NCBI RefSeq assembly: GCF_009914755.1
Contig: NC_060925.1
DNA from: the human T2T-CHM13v2.0 reference genome, Homo sapiens
Strand: one strand, 5' to 3'
Length of the DNA stretch: 64,000 nucleotides
Part shown: one piece after another, positions 59,570-64,000 of the stretch
How positions within the stretch are numbered: the stretch's first letter is position 1
How the letters are laid out: the number at the start of each line of letters is the position of its first letter
Position numbers and translations under genes: made by a program
The notes under the pieces: generated by a model
Database searches by the model: none
What the model saw: only the letters and a program-made list of their open reading frames with translations
What the model was told of the DNA's origin: nothing

Positions 59570-60009
59570 TATTTCAGTAGAAACCGCAAAGCAGGGACTT
59601 TGTGGCAGGTGGACTGGGTTTGAATTCTGGTTTCATTCTTTCCTGATGGTTTGTCTTTAGGCCAGTTATCACTTAACCTCTCTGAACTCCCAGGTTCCCT
59701 TATCTGTAAAATGTGCGTACTAATGCCAGTGCCGTTAATCCCAGGACTTGGTAGGCTGAGGTGGGAGGATCGCTTGAAGCCAAGATTTTGAGACCTGCCT
59801 GGGCAACATAGCAAGACCCCATTCGCTACAAAAATATTTTTATTTAGTTTAGCCAGCTGTGGTAGCCTGGGCCTGTAGTCCTAGCTACACTTGGGTAGGC
59901 TGAGGTGGGAAGATCCCTTGAGTCAGGAGGTTGATGCTGCAGGAAGCCATATCACTTACTCCAGCCTGGAAGACAAAGTGAGACCCTGTCTCTTAAAAAA
60001 AATAAAAAA
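59570..60009 (+). mobile_element. MIR fragment followed by AluJ (59722-60009)
   Basis: MIR core, then a diverged Alu. Confidence 0.8.
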
Positions 60010-60013
60010 GTGT

Positions 60014-60297
60014 GGACTGGGCATGGTGGCTCACACCTGTAATCCCAACACTCTGGGAGGCTGAGGCAGATGGATCACTCGAGGTCAGGAGTTTGAGACC
60101 AGCCTGGCCAACACAGTGAAACCCTGTCTCCTCTGAAGATACAAAAATTAGCCAGGTGTAGTATAGTCCCAACTACTTGGGAGGCTGAGGCAGGAGAATG
60201 GCTTGAACCTAGGAACCCAGGAGGCAGAGGTTGCAGTGAGCTGAGATCACGCCACTGCACTCTAGCCTCCATCTCAAAAAAAAAAAAAAAAAAAAAA
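60014..60297 (+). mobile_element. Alu (AluS) with internal deletions
   Basis: Dimer with long A-tail. Confidence 0.92.
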
Positions 60298-60380
60298 GCG
60301 TATGAATACCCACCCTACCAACCAAGCTAAGTCAGTACAACCCTAGCACATAGTGAGCCATCAAAATCACTCTGATCTCT

Positions 60381-60674
<294 letters not shown>

Positions 60675-60752
60675 TGATGAACTCTGCTGGCTAAATGTTT
60701 CTAACTTAATTAAATTGTGTGATAAAATATTATAATTTTAGGGGCGTTTTTA

Positions 60753-61178
<426 letters not shown>

Positions 61179-64000
61179 TCAACCTTGGGTTCCCCAGAAT
61201 TAATGATGGGGTCTGGGATTAGTTTTCAGTATTTTTCAAAACCTAATGGAAATAATATAATATACCTACACAGGTAAACCTTCTTCAAAAAAGAGCCTTT
61301 TCTCACTCCAAAGTCTTAGGCACTTTAATATTCTTTTAATAAGAAAAAACAAATATTTATAGAGAGAAATGGAAGAAAACAGAATTTTCCACATTGCAAG
61401 GATATCAGGGTTCCTTCTGCCTTTTACTTTCAGCACAATTGTTTCAACAGCAGCAAGGAGCCATCCTTTAAGACTTCAAATGTGCCAGTAACTCACGTTA
61501 TTTTTCATATGCGGGGAACATAATTTCTGTTATAGCTTATAGGGACTCAGTGACCAAGCTGCACGTTTGGAACCGATTTCAGATGAAAGAGACAGAATAA
61601 CAGCAGGATATCCTGAAGTGAAATTCAAACCCTGGTGAGTTAAAACCACCATCTAACACCTTTCCCTCCCGAAGCAATTGCACAGAATCCTCTCAATCAA
61701 AAAAAATTCGAAGAACCTGTATAAAATGGCATTTCTTTAAATCATATTGCTCTTTGCAGCCCATAAAGCATTTCCAGATACATTCTTATTTTGATCCTTC
61801 CAAGGATGGCTGGTATACACAGGGCCTTATTCCATTTTACATAGAAAGAAACTGAGTGTTAGAGAAGTTAAGTGGTTTCTCTGAATTTCACACCTTTTTT
61901 GTCAAATATTTATTGAGTGCCTCTTAAAGGCCGGACTCCATGACCTTCAAGGATGGAGCCAAATCTCCCTGTTCCTCGTGTGATCTTCCTGTGCCCCCCT
62001 TTGGCCTGAACCTACTGTGTGGTTCACCCAGGGACTTCACCCTACTTTACTACTGTGTGGTTCCCTGGAGACTGGGGGCTTAATCCGTCTCTGATATCTC
62101 CTTGATTGAATAGAATTTATAATTGGCCAACAATTTAACAAACGAATGCATTGTTTAAAGAATTATTTAAAGTTTTAAAAAATGTTTGATTCAGCCATCT
62201 TAGATCTATATTTTATGCTGATATGGACTTAAACATGTTGTTTTTATTATAATGCTTTGAAATTTGCATAAGAGCTACACATATTCTTTTATATGTATGA
62301 ATTATTATGTAATAAAACATAAAAAGAACATGAGGCTTTGGTCCTTTTGTAGGCTTGGAATATTTTTAATATTACGCTAGGACTAAACCAGAGTTAGTCA
62401 TCTCAGCCTTTATACCTACATATAAAGAGTTTGTTTCTGTGCCGTGTGATAGGGCAGCATCAGCCCATAGTCTTTTTTTTTTTTTTTTTTTCCTTAAGCA
62501 AATCCATTCTTCAGGATCTCTCTCTGCAGAAGTTAAATCTCTTGAGTTGTGGAAATGGAATTTATGGTGCAGCTATAGGAGGCAGCCCCTGGTTGGTATT
62601 CCTGTAGAACAGGCAAGTTGCACACCACCTGTGAGAAGGTTCTTGTAAAAATATGTTAAATTTCTTTGAGAAGATCCAGGGCTCACTGCTATAGTTTGGC
62701 AGGAACCTGGTCTTTGGGAGAACTCAGAATTGGTGAGAATTCAGGACAGCAAAATTGTCTCTTTTAGGATTTGATATAGTGAGAGAATTGCAAAGGAAGT
62801 TTCTACTGTATTTGGGTGTTTTAGGCTTACTGCTTTGAACTTAGGTTAATATTCCCTCCTCTTTTCCCTGTCAGTATAAAAATATGAAATAATTACTGTT
62901 TTATGCCACTTTATTTCTGTCCTCGAAGGAAGCAATCAATAATTAAAAGCATGCTTTGTCTTCCTGGAGTCATGAATAATTAAATTGACTCCCCCCATCC
63001 ACACACATCTTTTTTTGGACCTCAGATGTAGTTGAGGTAATCATACTTCTGAGTTCAAGGCATGCTTTTATCTGGTATATGCAAGGCAAATTTGATTTTT
63101 CAGAATGTTCCCTCTCATTTCCTGCTCTTCTCACAGACAGCTCCTCTATGGGTTTGGTTACGTATCTTTGAATACATGTGTATGTGTGTCCTGATGATCA
63201 CTAGGGAACTAGACACACCTAGAACAAGGCACCCTGATTTTACTTGGCAGATTCAGACCTTGAGCTCTCTTCTGATCCTCCTGCTCACTCAGCGTTTTTC
63301 TGTGGCTGTGTCAGGGCAGGGGCCCCTGCACTGGCCCCTTCCTCCTGATGAGTGGCCTGTTCTGACACTTGAGGGAGGCAGGGCATTTTGAGGTCTCCTT
63401 TGCCTCTCAGGAACTTGCATTATTAGCCCACCCACATCCCCAACCTTCACTTCTTTGGATTTCTAGGAAATCTGCAGTAGTTTAGGGGTGCAGTCCTTTG
63501 GCAGGGAATTAACTGAAGTACCTGCCTTTTCAGGGGTTGAACCCATGACCTTGGCCTCATTAGAGCTCTAACCAGTCACAAAGCACACACCTCACTTTGT
63601 GTAACTTCTGCTGACTTGTTCCTGCCACCCTCCGCGGCTTCCTATTCAATTGCAAAGGCGTTCACACCAACACAATAGAACAGAAGGAAATCAGATCTCT
63701 TCAAGACTTCTCTGAAGGACAGAAATATGCAATTTAGCAGGAAAATAATACAAAAAAGTCTTGAAGGTTCAGGAAACAACTTATCTTTCTAGTCCGTACA
63801 TTCGCTGAGAATCCAGCTGTGTCTCTCAGATTCTTTTTCAATCAAAAATTTAAAAATAGCGTGGAACTCCTTGTGTTAATTTATTAACATAAAATCTAGC
63901 GACTCTTGTACATGAAGTGGAAGGTTTCGGATGACTAAGTGGAAATATTGTATGTATGTTATTAAAATGGATTGGGTTAGCTTTTATAGAAAAAGTGGAT

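Overview
Primate (almost certainly human) genomic DNA; no prokaryotic system, CRISPR array or intact novel gene is evident. The only supportable protein-coding sequence is SMYD2 exon 1 (ATG 54776, donor after 54948) inside a CpG-island promoter. Positions 1-54.3 kb are upstream intergenic DNA (from recall, the 1q32.3 interval between PROX1 and SMYD2) and 54949-64000 is SMYD2 intron 1. The rest is mostly transposon remains: about 25 Alu/FLAM, L1, L2, MIR, solo LTRs (MaLR, ERVL, ERV1, LTR12), Tigger/MER/Kanga DNA transposons, and a truncated U2 snRNA copy. Repeat subfamily names come from remembered consensus sequences and boundaries are approximate. The most notable structures are: (1) a perfect 56-bp inverted copy of 13925-13980 inserted in an old Alu at 12357-12412; (2) a composite L1 with a 5' inversion and an apparent 3' transduction that splits a DNA transposon; (3) two neighbouring Alus sharing a rare deletion; (4) a solo LTR12 about 5 kb upstream of SMYD2; and (5) candidate enhancer and CTCF elements.
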